Assembly (NCBI GenBank): GCA_963829055.1 | Contig: CAWHHI010000011.1 | Coordinates: 64,001-128,000, forward strand | Length of the DNA: 64,000 nucleotides | From: an uncultured Gemmatimonadaceae bacterium | GTDB lineage: Bacteria; Gemmatimonadota; Gemmatimonadetes; Gemmatimonadales; Gemmatimonadaceae | Reading direction: 5' to 3' | Shown: positions 43,718 to 53,456 of the stretch, piece by piece | Numbering within the stretch: position 1 is the stretch's first letter | How the letters are laid out: each line of letters begins with the position of its first letter | Notes under the pieces: model-generated | Seen by the model: the letters and a program-made list of their open reading frames with translations, nothing else | The model's database searches: none | What the model was told of the DNA's origin: nothing | Program-made: the position numbers and the translations under genes

Positions 43718-44332
43718 TCACTTTCGCAGTTTCACAGGCACAACAAGCTTCTCGGCAGTATGCGTCGGCGAGAACGCCGCGACTTTCACGTCGACCAGCC
43801 CGGCCTGCTTCGCGGCAGCGAATACATCGACGTCCTTGAACGCCGCGCCCTTCCCTTTCGTGTGCACGACCCAGATCGCGCCGGCCGGCGTTAGGTAGCC
43901 GCGGAGCTTCTCCAGGCGCGAGAGGTCTGTGACGGAATTCGCTCCGAAAACGATGACGTCCGTGTCCTTCTTCGGCGTGCGGCGCGCGATATCGCTCGTA
44001 CGCTCGGCGAGCTGCTCGAGAAACGCGTCGTCATCGACGCCAAGCACGGCGACGCGCATATCGGGCTTCACGCCGAGCTTGTCGAGCAGTGATGGCGGAT
44101 TGCGAATCTTCTCCGCCCATTTGGCTGCTGAGGGGCCGAGCTCGAAAGCTGCCGTGCCATCCGGGAACGTCACACGCAACGTCCCTGCGTCCGCCTCCGC
44201 CTTCGTAATGGCCTTTCGCGGAATGTTCAGCCGAATCGTCCCGCGGAAGATGAGATGATCGGTCTCGAGCAGCGCCTTTCCTTCGGAGCGCTTCCCGTCG
44301 AAGTGCACGGTACACTGGGACTCGGAACCCAT
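43718..44332 (-). CDS. Hypothetical protein, DUF3052-like C-terminal domain
   Basis: LLDKLGVKP, GAIWVV and AGLVDVKVAAFS. Confidence 0.65.
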   Translation of the reverse strand: MGSESQCTVHFDGKRSEGKALLETDHLIFRGTIRLNIPRKAITKAEADAGTLRVTFPDGTAAFELGPSAAKWAEKIRNPPSLLDKLGVKPDMRVAVLGVDDDAFLEQLAERTSDIARRTPKKDTDVIVFGANSVTDLSRLEKLRGYLTPAGAIWVVHTKGKGAAFKDVDVFAAAKQAGLVDVKVAAFSPTHTAEKLVVPVKLRK

Positions 44333-44467
44333 GGATTCTCGCTGCGTGCTGGTTGTCGCTTACAGCTTGCTGGGGCGACGCGCGCTGCGCAACCAGCCAG
44401 CCAGCGGCGAGGGCTCCGGAGGACGGACGGCGGTGAACAGGCGTGCCATCCCGAGCGGCAGCGATTG

Positions 44468-44570
44468 TCATCCCGAGCGGCAGCGAGGGCATCGAGCTCC
44501 TGTGACGTCACCGTAGTCAGTCCGGCCACGATGACGTTCGAGAAGATCCCTCGCGGATGCTCGGGATGAC
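44468..44570. repeat. REP-like palindromic element, family 1
   Basis: GTCATCCCGAGCGGCAGCGAGGG ... GATCCCTCGCGGATGCTCGGGATGAC, preceded by a tandem partial arm. Confidence 0.8.
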
Positions 44571-44615
44571 AACGCTTTTCTCCGCCCGTCCGCCCTCCTC
44601 CTTCCGCCGTCCTCC

Positions 44616-47030
44616 TCAGTCCCGACGCAACGCGATGATGGGATCGACGGCCGTTGCGCGGCGGGCCGGAATCCAGCTCGCCAGCGCGGCGACGGCGACG
44701 AGGAACAGCGTGATCATGCCGAAGCTCAGCGGATCCGTCGGCGTCACACCGAACAGCAGCGAGCGGACGACGCGCGTGATGCCTAACGCGCCGACGAGGC
44801 CGATCCCGAGCCCGATCCCCGCCAGCCGCATGCCCTGTCCGACGACGAGCCGCAGTACATCGACGCGACGGGCACCGAGCGCGACGCGCACGCCGATCTC
44901 CTGCGTGCGCTGCGAGACGCTATAGGAGATCACGCCGTACACGCCGATCGCCGCCAGCAGCAACGCGATCACACCGAACACCGAGAACATCGAGCCGAAC
45001 AGTCCGTACTGCCAGAATCCCAGTTGCCGCACCTTTTCCATCGTGTTGATCTCGTAGAGCGCGAGCGTCGGGTCGGCATCACGCACCGCGCGACGCAGCG
45101 CCGGCGTGATGGCCGAGGGCTCGCCGGTCGTTCGCACCACGAGCCCGAGCCCGCGCCACACGCCGAAGCGGAGCGGCAGGTAGGCGAACGACTCCGGTTC
45201 CTTGTTGTCGAGGTCATCGTTCGCGATGTCGGGCGCGAGACCGACGACCGTGAACCACGGGCCCGTGGAATCGTTGGCGTAGCGGAAACGATGGCCGAGC
45301 GGGTCGGCGCCCGGCCACATGCGCTTCGCCATCGTCTGATTGATGATCGCCACCGGTGTGCTGTCCCGCGCCTCGGCGTCCGTGAACATGCGACCGCTCA
45401 CGAGCCTAACGCCGAGCGTGGAGAAGAAGTGCGCGCTGATGCCGGCGTAGAGGCCGAAGGGCTCGTCACCCTTCTGAATGGCGCGCCCCTCGATGACGAG
45501 GCCGCCGCCACCTGCGCCGCCGGTCGCCGGGATGAGCCCCGACACGAACGCGGACTGCACGCCCGGTAATGCCTCGACGCGCTGCACGATGTCCTCCGCC
45601 CGCTGCGCGCGCAGCCCGAGCGAATCGTAGCGCGAGCCCTGCATGTAGAACCGCGTCGTCATGATCGACGTCGTCTCGAAACCGGCGCTGGTGTTCTGCA
45701 ACGACAGGAAGCTGCGTACGAACAGTGACGCGCCGACCAGCAATACGAGCGAAAGCGCGATCTCGGCGATGACGAGGCTGTTCCGAAGGCGGTTCTTGCG
45801 CACACCCGAGCCGCTGCCGCGCGCGCCATCGCGCAGTGCCTCCTGCAGACTCCCGCTGGCTGCCTGCACCGCCGGCGCGAGCCCGAACAGCAGGCCGGTC
45901 ACCACGGAGATGACCACCGTGTAGATCAGCGTCGCACGGTCGAGGCTCCACTCGATGTAATAGGGCAGCGCGTCCGTGGCCGGGATACCGGCATCGATGA
46001 GCTTGAGGCCCCACGCCGCGAGCGGAATGCCGAGCGCCCCGCCCACGACGGCGAGGATGAGACTCTCGGTGAGCAGCTGACGAACGATGCGATGCCGCCC
46101 GGCGCCTAACGCCGACCGGATCGCGATCTCGCGCGAGCGCGCCGTGGCGCGCGCGAGCATCAGGTTCGCCACGTTCGCGCACGCGATGAGCAACACGAAT
46201 GTCACCGCGCCCATCATCGTCAACGTGATGAGCTTGACATCGCCGGGAATGAACACATCGCGAAGAGGCCTGAGCTTCGCCGTCCACGTGTTGTTCTCGG
46301 GATATTCGGTCGCGAGCCGAGCGGAGACCTGGGTGAGCGCGGTGCGCGCTCCCTCGATGGTAACGCCGGGCGCGATACGACCGAACGTGAACAGATTCTT
46401 CGCCCCGCGGCTCAGCTGACCTTCGTTCTCACGGAGCGGAACCCATAGCTCGCTCTGCTCCGGGAACTTGAACCTGGGCTCCATCACGCCGATCACCGTG
46501 TAGGCGACCTCGTTGAGCATGAGCGTCTTGCCGACGATCGTCGGATCGCGTCCGAAGCGTCGCTGCCAGAGCCCGTCGCTCAGGAGGACCACCCGGTCGC
46601 CGCCTGGCTTGTCCTCGTCGGCGCGAATCAACCGTCCCAGCGCGGGCTTGACGCCGAGCATTGGGAACAGATTCCAGGAGATGGCGCTCCCCTCCAGTCG
46701 CTCCGGCTCGTCGACGTTCGCGAGCGTCATGCTCCGCCCCTGCACGGCGCCGATGTCCGAGAACGCCTTCGACTGGGTCTGCCAGTCGACGAGGTTCGGC
46801 CAGGCAACTCCGGCGGTGCCGTTGTTGCGCGTGTTCACCTCCTCGAGCACGACGAGGCGCTCCGGATCGGTGAACGCGAAGGGACGGAGCAGGATCGCGT
46901 TCGTGACGCTGAAGAGCGTGGTGTTGACGCCGATCCCGATGGCCAGGCACGCGACGGCAATGAGCGCGAACATCCGACTTCGGGACAGCGTGCGAAACGC
47001 GTAGCGAATGTCCTGCAGAAGCGTGTCCAT
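44616..47030 (-). CDS. Duplicated MacB/FtsX-type ABC permease (ADOP-like), no adjacent ATPase
   Basis: LLQDIRYAFRTL, LLIACANVANL, REIAIRSALGA, RTQEIGVRVALGA and PARRATAVDPIIALR. Confidence 0.92.
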   Translation of the reverse strand: MDTLLQDIRYAFRTLSRSRMFALIAVACLAIGIGVNTTLFSVTNAILLRPFAFTDPERLVVLEEVNTRNNGTAGVAWPNLVDWQTQSKAFSDIGAVQGRSMTLANVDEPERLEGSAISWNLFPMLGVKPALGRLIRADEDKPGGDRVVLLSDGLWQRRFGRDPTIVGKTLMLNEVAYTVIGVMEPRFKFPEQSELWVPLRENEGQLSRGAKNLFTFGRIAPGVTIEGARTALTQVSARLATEYPENNTWTAKLRPLRDVFIPGDVKLITLTMMGAVTFVLLIACANVANLMLARATARSREIAIRSALGAGRHRIVRQLLTESLILAVVGGALGIPLAAWGLKLIDAGIPATDALPYYIEWSLDRATLIYTVVISVVTGLLFGLAPAVQAASGSLQEALRDGARGSGSGVRKNRLRNSLVIAEIALSLVLLVGASLFVRSFLSLQNTSAGFETTSIMTTRFYMQGSRYDSLGLRAQRAEDIVQRVEALPGVQSAFVSGLIPATGGAGGGGLVIEGRAIQKGDEPFGLYAGISAHFFSTLGVRLVSGRMFTDAEARDSTPVAIINQTMAKRMWPGADPLGHRFRYANDSTGPWFTVVGLAPDIANDDLDNKEPESFAYLPLRFGVWRGLGLVVRTTGEPSAITPALRRAVRDADPTLALYEINTMEKVRQLGFWQYGLFGSMFSVFGVIALLLAAIGVYGVISYSVSQRTQEIGVRVALGARRVDVLRLVVGQGMRLAGIGLGIGLVGALGITRVVRSLLFGVTPTDPLSFGMITLFLVAVAALASWIPARRATAVDPIIALRRD

Positions 47031-47128
47031 TGCCGGCTCGGGACGAGAGGGGTGCGGGCCCTACGGTGAGTGGCCGCTTGGCGGTTTCATGATGGGACGA
47101 TTGGCGCGGATGCCGGACGTTCGAGATC

Positions 47129-47460
47129 ATCGCACCGGGGCCGGTGGGAACTACGATTTTACGGATGACACGGAAAACGGCCGGATACGGCTTTGCATCG
47201 ACGCTGGCTGGTGGCGGGCCATGAATGAAAAGGGAACGGCCGCTCGGGAGACTCCTGCGTCCCGAGCGGCCGTTCCCAAAGAATCCCGGCCCGTGGCGCG
47301 AGGGGCCGTCCCGAACGCGATCGATCCTGCTCCTTCCGCGTCATCCGCGAGATCGTCGTTCCCCCAAGCCGCGGCGCGATGAGGCCTGAATGCAAAGCCG
47401 TATCCGGCAGTTTCGCAGTACCGATCCGCCCAATCGCAGCTCCCACCGGCCCGGCGCGAT
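47129..47460. mobile_element. MITE-like element, family 5, with one extra arm
   Basis: GGTGGGAACTACGATTTT..GGATGACACGGAAAACGGCCGGATACG start; core hairpin GGGAACGGCCGCTCGGGA...TCCCGAGCGGCCGTTCCC. Confidence 0.72.
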
Positions 47461-47468
47461 GACCTCGA

Positions 47469-48023
47469 CTACGGGGTGACCTGCCCCAGCTTGAGGAGGA
47501 CTCCCTTTCGGATACGCTCCTCGAGCTTGCCGGTGGATCCACACGCGATACGATCGGCGCTCGAGCCTTCCATGTTCTGCGCCGCGGCCGAGAATGCCGT
47601 CTCGAGCTCGGACGCGCCCTTCCCGTCCGGACGAATGACAGACAGGAGCGAGATGTAGATCCGGTAGTTGTTCGCGACCGGGCCGCTGAACGACTCACCG
47701 CAGTTGAGGTAGCTCGCCATCGCCTCGTTGCCCAGTCGCCGCGTTTTATAGAAATCGGTGTTCCCATACCGACCGGTAGCCGGGTCGTGCGTTCCGGGCG
47801 GAACCCCGAGCTCGTCGTACACGGCCTTCAGCGCCGCGAATGCGCGGCCGGGTGGTGCGGCGACGGGAGCCTTGGCATTCGCGAGTACGGTCGTGCGGTA
47901 CACCTGCTGGTCGTCGACGGCCACCATTCGGTCGCTCGGCAGCGCGACGTCCGGGCCCCGTGACGACGATGACGCGCACGACGTGGTGCCTAACACGAGG
48001 AACAGAAACGCGGTGCGGTGCAT
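47469..48023 (-). CDS. Hypothetical lipoprotein
   Basis: GGAG RBS; signal MHRTAFLFLVLGTTSC; YLNCG and ACGSTGKLE Cys pair. Confidence 0.7.
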   Translation of the reverse strand: MHRTAFLFLVLGTTSCASSSSRGPDVALPSDRMVAVDDQQVYRTTVLANAKAPVAAPPGRAFAALKAVYDELGVPPGTHDPATGRYGNTDFYKTRRLGNEAMASYLNCGESFSGPVANNYRIYISLLSVIRPDGKGASELETAFSAAAQNMEGSSADRIACGSTGKLEERIRKGVLLKLGQVTP

Positions 48024-48047
48024 GAACACTCCGACGATTGGTGGAAT

Positions 48048-48150
48048 GTCATCCCGAGGAGCGGCGCGACGAGGACTTCTCGAATGTCATTGTGACTAGA
48101 TCGGCTACGATGACATCACACAAGGTCCCTCGCTGACGCTCGGGATGACA
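48048..48150. repeat. REP-like palindromic element, family 1 variant
   Basis: GTCATCCCGAG ... CCCTCGCTGACGCTCGGGATGAC; spacer ATGACATCACAC is shared with 36304. Confidence 0.75.
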
Positions 48151-48183
48151 CCTGCTGACGTTCGGGACGACGCTCTCCCTCAG

Positions 48184-51069
48184 CTATCCCTCGGGGAGCA
48201 GACGGACCTGCACATAACGCGACTCATTGAGATACTTCCTCGCAATGTCGCGCACCAGCGTCGGGGTCAGCATGGCCCGCAGTTCCCCCCTTCGCAGCAC
48301 CATCCGCGGGTCCTGCCCATACCGAGCCGAGGCCGCGAGTGAGTTGAGCCAGAAGCCATTCTGACGAATCTCGGTCTCCTCGGCACGACGCTGGATCTCA
48401 CGCACCTTCTCGATCTCGTCGGCTGTCGGGCCATCCGTCTTGATGCGCTCGATCTCGCGGAACACCGCCGCGCGCAGCGAATCGACGCGCTCCGGCGCCG
48501 AGCCGAAGTCGATGGAGAACTGGTACTCCTGACGCGGATCGCGCTCGCTGCTCTGGCTCACCGACACGTCGTATGTCCCGCCTAACTGCTCGCGCAGCAC
48601 GTCACGGAAGCGCATGCGGAGCACCTCGGCCAGCGACGCCATCGCATAACGATTCTCGCGCGTCCACTCGAACGGGCCATTGAACACGATCACCGTTCGC
48701 GCCTTGGGCTCGGTTCCGCGTTTCACATCGCGCGTGACGATTCCCTCGGGCGTGTGCAGCCCGACGTCCTTCCACGTTTCCTTCCGACGAATCGACGGCA
48801 GGCCACCAAGCCACGTCAGCACGAGCGGTTTGATCGAATCGACCGTGAAGTTGCCGACGATCACGAACGTGAAGTCGCTCGCGTCCGCGAAGCGATCGCG
48901 GTAGAACCGCAGCGACGCCCCGAGGTCGAGCGAGTCGACGGTCGCGACGGTAACGGGAGTCGTGCGCGGGTGATGACTCGACAGGATGACCGAGAGCGAG
49001 TCATCGAACGCCTGCTCCGGCGACACACCGCGATTCGCGAGCGCCGCGCGCAGTCGCTGCTTGAGCGCCACGACAGCGGTGCTGTCCGGGCGCGGCGACG
49101 TGAAGTACAGGTACATGAGCTGGAACACGGTCTCGAGATCCTTCGGAGAACCGCGACCGAACATCTGCTCCGAGAGCTCGCCGATGCCGGGGAACGCGCT
49201 CGCCGCCTTGCCCGCGAGCGCCTTCTGCAAGTCGATCTGACTGAAGGCCCCGACTCCGCCTTCGGTGACGAGCGTCGTTGCCTCACGCGCGCGCGCGAAC
49301 TCGGCCTGCGAGAGCGTCGACGCACCGCCGGGACTCGTGCCGAGGATGAGGACTTCGTCGGCCTTGAAGTCGGTGGGCTTGAGGATGACGCGGACGCCAT
49401 TCGAGAGCGTCCAGTTGGTGACGCCCACCTCCGGCACGCGTGTCGTTGCGACGACCGTCGCTGCTTTCGGCGCCCGTGGCACGAGCGGGCGCGACGCGTT
49501 GCCATCGTCGTACGCCGCGAGATCTCGGCCAGCCACGGAGTCGAACACCGCGAGCAGTTGCGAGGCACTCGGCACCGTCACGCCCGCCTTCTCAGGCGCG
49601 TTCACGGCGATCACGCGGTTCTTCTGACCCAGCCAGTCGCCCGCGAGTCGATTCACTTCGTCGAGCTTGATTCCGGGCACGAGCCGCTGCGCCAGCGGGT
49701 ACTCGTACTCGATGCCCGGAATCGCTTCCTGGTTCAGGAAGTTGCGAACGAGCTCGCCCACGAGCGCCGCCGACTGACGCTTGTCGCGCTCGGCGAACGT
49801 TCTCTCGTACGACCGCAGGAGATTCTGCTTCGCGCGGTTCAGCTCCGTGGCCGTGAAGCCACGTTTCTGCACGCGGACCGCCTCGGCAAGCACGGCATCG
49901 AGGCCTTTGAGGACGCCGCCGTCGGGGACGAACGCGGTGAGCGTGAACGCGTCACGGTCGCCGAGGAACGTGCTCTTTCCGCCGCCAGCGCCGATGAACG
50001 GCGCGTCCGGCTTCTGACGGATCTCATCGAGGCGGTCGTTCAGCATCTGCGTGAACAGCGACTCGGTGAGGTCCTGCCGGTAGCCGCCGACGGTCGTCGA
50101 GTTGCGGTGCGGCATCTTGAAGTACACCGACGTCGTCGTGTACTCGGCTTCCTTGTCGGTGGCGATCGCGACGAGCGTCGAGTCCTGGTCGGGCACGCCG
50201 TACTTCGTGCGGGCGCGCGCGTTAGGCTTCGCCGGGAAGTCGCTCAGGTGACTCTTGATGAGCTGCTCGACGTGGGCCGCATCGAAGTCGCCAACGGCCA
50301 CGATGGCCATGAGGTCCGGGCGATACCAGTCGGCGTAGAAGCGCGAGAGTGCCGTCGGGTTGAACGTCTCGAGCGTCTTCTTGTCGCCAATAGGCAATCG
50401 CTCGGCATACCGGGAGCCCTTGAGCAGAATCGGCAGCTGCTTGTCGGCCATGCGGGCGTCCGCGCCGCGACCGAGCCGCCACTCCTCGATGACGACGCCG
50501 CGTTCCTTGGTGATCTCCGCCGTGTCGAGAGCGATCGCGCGAGCCCAGTCCTCGAGGATGTCGAACGCCTTGCCTTCGATGCTCGCGGAATCGGTCGGGA
50601 TCTGCAGCTCGTAGATGGTCTCGTCGAAGCTCGTGGAGGCGTTGATGTCGGGACCGAAGCGCATCCCTACCGACTCGAGATAACTCACGAGCGCGTTCTT
50701 CGGGAAACGCGCGGTGCCGTTGAATGCCATGTGCTCGAGGAAGTGCGCGAGACCGCGCTGGTCGTCATCCTCGAGGATCGAACCGGCGTTGACGACGAGG
50801 CGGAGCTCGGCCCGTTTTTCCGGTTTGGCATTTCGCCGGATGTAGTAGCGCAAGCCGTTAGGCAGCGTGCCGACGACGACCTGAGGGTCGCGTGGAAGCG
50901 GCGTGGCGCTGGCGGTATCGATGGTCGCGCGCCCAGCGGCGCCGCCGACCGCCGGCTGCGCGGTCGCCGTTAACGGCGTGAGTGCGCCGGCCGCGAGCAC
51001 GGCCGCGGCGACGGGGGCAGAGGCTAAGACGGCGGCGAGGAAAGCGCGCCGCCACGAATGTGCTGGCAT
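48184..51069 (-). CDS. M16 family zinc protease (PqqL-like), secreted
   Basis: LPNGLRYYI, GLAHFLEHMAFNGT (HxxEH), NASTSFDET and second-half LSNGVRV. Confidence 0.93.
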   Translation of the reverse strand: MPAHSWRRAFLAAVLASAPVAAAVLAAGALTPLTATAQPAVGGAAGRATIDTASATPLPRDPQVVVGTLPNGLRYYIRRNAKPEKRAELRLVVNAGSILEDDDQRGLAHFLEHMAFNGTARFPKNALVSYLESVGMRFGPDINASTSFDETIYELQIPTDSASIEGKAFDILEDWARAIALDTAEITKERGVVIEEWRLGRGADARMADKQLPILLKGSRYAERLPIGDKKTLETFNPTALSRFYADWYRPDLMAIVAVGDFDAAHVEQLIKSHLSDFPAKPNARARTKYGVPDQDSTLVAIATDKEAEYTTTSVYFKMPHRNSTTVGGYRQDLTESLFTQMLNDRLDEIRQKPDAPFIGAGGGKSTFLGDRDAFTLTAFVPDGGVLKGLDAVLAEAVRVQKRGFTATELNRAKQNLLRSYERTFAERDKRQSAALVGELVRNFLNQEAIPGIEYEYPLAQRLVPGIKLDEVNRLAGDWLGQKNRVIAVNAPEKAGVTVPSASQLLAVFDSVAGRDLAAYDDGNASRPLVPRAPKAATVVATTRVPEVGVTNWTLSNGVRVILKPTDFKADEVLILGTSPGGASTLSQAEFARAREATTLVTEGGVGAFSQIDLQKALAGKAASAFPGIGELSEQMFGRGSPKDLETVFQLMYLYFTSPRPDSTAVVALKQRLRAALANRGVSPEQAFDDSLSVILSSHHPRTTPVTVATVDSLDLGASLRFYRDRFADASDFTFVIVGNFTVDSIKPLVLTWLGGLPSIRRKETWKDVGLHTPEGIVTRDVKRGTEPKARTVIVFNGPFEWTRENRYAMASLAEVLRMRFRDVLREQLGGTYDVSVSQSSERDPRQEYQFSIDFGSAPERVDSLRAAVFREIERIKTDGPTADEIEKVREIQRRAEETEIRQNGFWLNSLAASARYGQDPRMVLRRGELRAMLTPTLVRDIARKYLNESRYVQVRLLPEG

Positions 51070-51186
51070 GAGACGATCCCAGTTGACGAGGAGAAACGTC
51101 TCGTAGACTACGCCGAGGTACGCATCACCGACAGGGAGCGACCGTCCCGAAACGGGCTGTTGGCGTGTCCGTCTCTGGTAGCCGGG

Positions 51187-53068
51187 TTAGCCCGCGCCCG
51201 CGGCAACCGTCCCGTTCGCGTTGCCGGCGGCTGCTCCGGTCGCGGGCCTACGGGCAACCGGAAGCGTCACGGTGAACCTCGCCCCGTTCGTTCCGTCACT
51301 CTCTCCGGTCAGGTCGCCACCCATGGCCCTGGCAAGCGAACGGCTGATCGTCAGCCCGAGCCCCGTTCCACCGACCGTCCTCGTTAGGCCGCTCTCCACC
51401 TGAACGAACGGCTCGAAGATCGCGGCCAGCTTCTCGGGCGGGAATGCCGATTCCAGTATCGACGACCGAGATCTCGACGCACCCGTTGGCCTGCCCGACT
51501 GTCACGGTGACGAGACCGCCGGCTGGTGTGAACCGAACCGCGTTCGACATGAGGTTGAGCAGGATCTGCTCGAGTCTCGCGCGGTCGGCGCGCGCGAGCA
51601 CCGTCGCCTTGCACCCATTGCACTCGCGGCGAAGCGCTTTCGCGTCGAGCAGCGGCGCCACCGACGTGAGGACGTCATCGATGACACTGCCCACCGGGAC
51701 GTCGGCCATATCGAACGGCAGCTTCTGCGCGTCGAGCCGCGCGAAATCCAGAATGTTGCCGATCAGCGTCAGCAGATGGCGCTGATTGTGTCGCACGCGA
51801 TCCAGATCTCGACGCTGATCCTCATTGACCGGCCCGCGCACACCGAGGTCGATCAGCTCGACGTAGCCACCGATGGCGTTGAGCGGCGTACGAAGCTCGT
51901 GCGACATGGTCGCGAGGAAGTCGGCCTTCGCGCGATTCGCTTCTTCCAGCCGCGCGGCCAGCGAGCGCGACTCCGCGATCTGCCGCTCCAGGTCATCGTG
52001 CGATCGCTGCACCTGCTCGGCCATCGAGTTGAATGCAGCGGCGAGGCGGCCCGTCTCGTCGTGGCGGCCCACCGGAGCGCGGTGATTGTAGTCGCCGGCG
52101 GACAATGCATCCGCGGCGACGGTGAGATCGCGGATGGGGCGCGTGATGCGACGGCTCAGGAGCCATGCCGCGATGATCGCGACGACGAGCAAACCGAACG
52201 CCACCATGATGCTTCGCTGCAGATAGGCCCTCGGTCGCTCGAGCAGCGAGGCATAGGGCACTTCCGCGATCAGGCGAATCGGCGTGTTCGCGACACGCGC
52301 GAAGACGCCGACGAAGCGTTCGTCGGGTGAGGTGCGCGTGTACCGGACAACGTTCGGTGGATCGCCAGCATGCGGCTCGAGCGTAGGCACCGGTGTGGGC
52401 TTGCCGGTCAGGCTCACCCACGTATCGCCGCTGTCGCTCGCGATGTAGATCGTGACGCTATCGCCGCCGGCCAGATCGCGGAGTTGCTGTTGCGTGCGCG
52501 GACTCGACCCAAGCATTCGCCGCTGCATCACGTAGCCGAGGATGCGTCCGTTCGCCGTGACCGGTGCACCGACCCAGTAGAACACCGAATCACCACGGCG
52601 GTACAGGTTGCCCATCGCCGCCTGGCCGCGCGCGAGCGTATCGATGAGGGTCGCCACCGGGTCGCCGTCATCGCCGAGCTCCGGGCGAGTCGCGATGCGC
52701 CTGGTCTCGCTCGCGGAACGGACCTCGGCGACGAGGACGCTGTCGGAAGGGGCGATCGAGAGCCCGCGCAATGCGTGCAGGGCGGCGCCTTGAGCACCAG
52801 GGTTGTCCCCCGGGCTGGCCAGACTCGCGATCACCGAGCTGTCGGCGGCGACCCGACGGAGAGCGGCGAATCGCTGCTGGGTGCTCGCATTCGAGAGCTC
52901 GGCGAGCTGACCCGTGAGCCGTCTCATGCGCTCGATGCCGCGCATCTCGGACGCCTGACGCACTTCGTGATAACCCGCGGCCGTGAGGCCGACGGCGAGC
53001 GCGACGAGGAAAACCGATATGAGGAGCGGGAGCTTTCGCTCCAGGGACAAAGCTGCGGAGCCACGCAT
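51187..53068 (-). CDS. Membrane sensor histidine kinase with HAMP domain (+1 frameshift near 51437)
   Basis: Two TMs; HAMP; SHELRTPL, NLMSNAVRFT and DTGIGI; after the shift IFEPFVQ and GTGLGL. Confidence 0.9.
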
Positions 53069-53420
53069 CACGGCGAATGTGAACGCTCCTCGACGCGAGT
53101 GCAAGGACGATGACACGCCCGGCAACCCGCGCGGCAACAAGGCTGACTAATGTCCGGACATGACTCGTCCACTCGCTTGACTGGAGCGTCCGCATGAGCC
53201 GTCTCAAATCGTTTATTCTTGGCTTCCCGAGCATTGTCGGCGCCCTTCCGCTCGTGCCGTTCCTCCCGCAGGCAAATCCAGTTGCCATGGCGCGCAGGTC
53301 CCGCGGATCGAACGTCTCGTCGAGATCGGCGGACTCGGTGACGCGCGTCAATCGAGCGAATCCGGCGTCGGGTCATCCGACGGACGAGCAGCGATTCGTC
53401 TCGATCATCGGGCATACGGG

Positions 53421-53456
53421 CCTCGCTCGGAATGACAACCGCTCGCTCGGAATGAC
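53421..53456. repeat. Two tandem REP family 2 termini
   Basis: CTCGCTCGGAATGAC occurs twice. Confidence 0.6.

Noticed and set aside
48754..50973. 739-aa antisense ORF (and similar long shadow ORFs elsewhere)
   Set aside because: It mirrors the M16 protease. Long antisense ORFs are expected at high GC, and it has no recognisable motifs.
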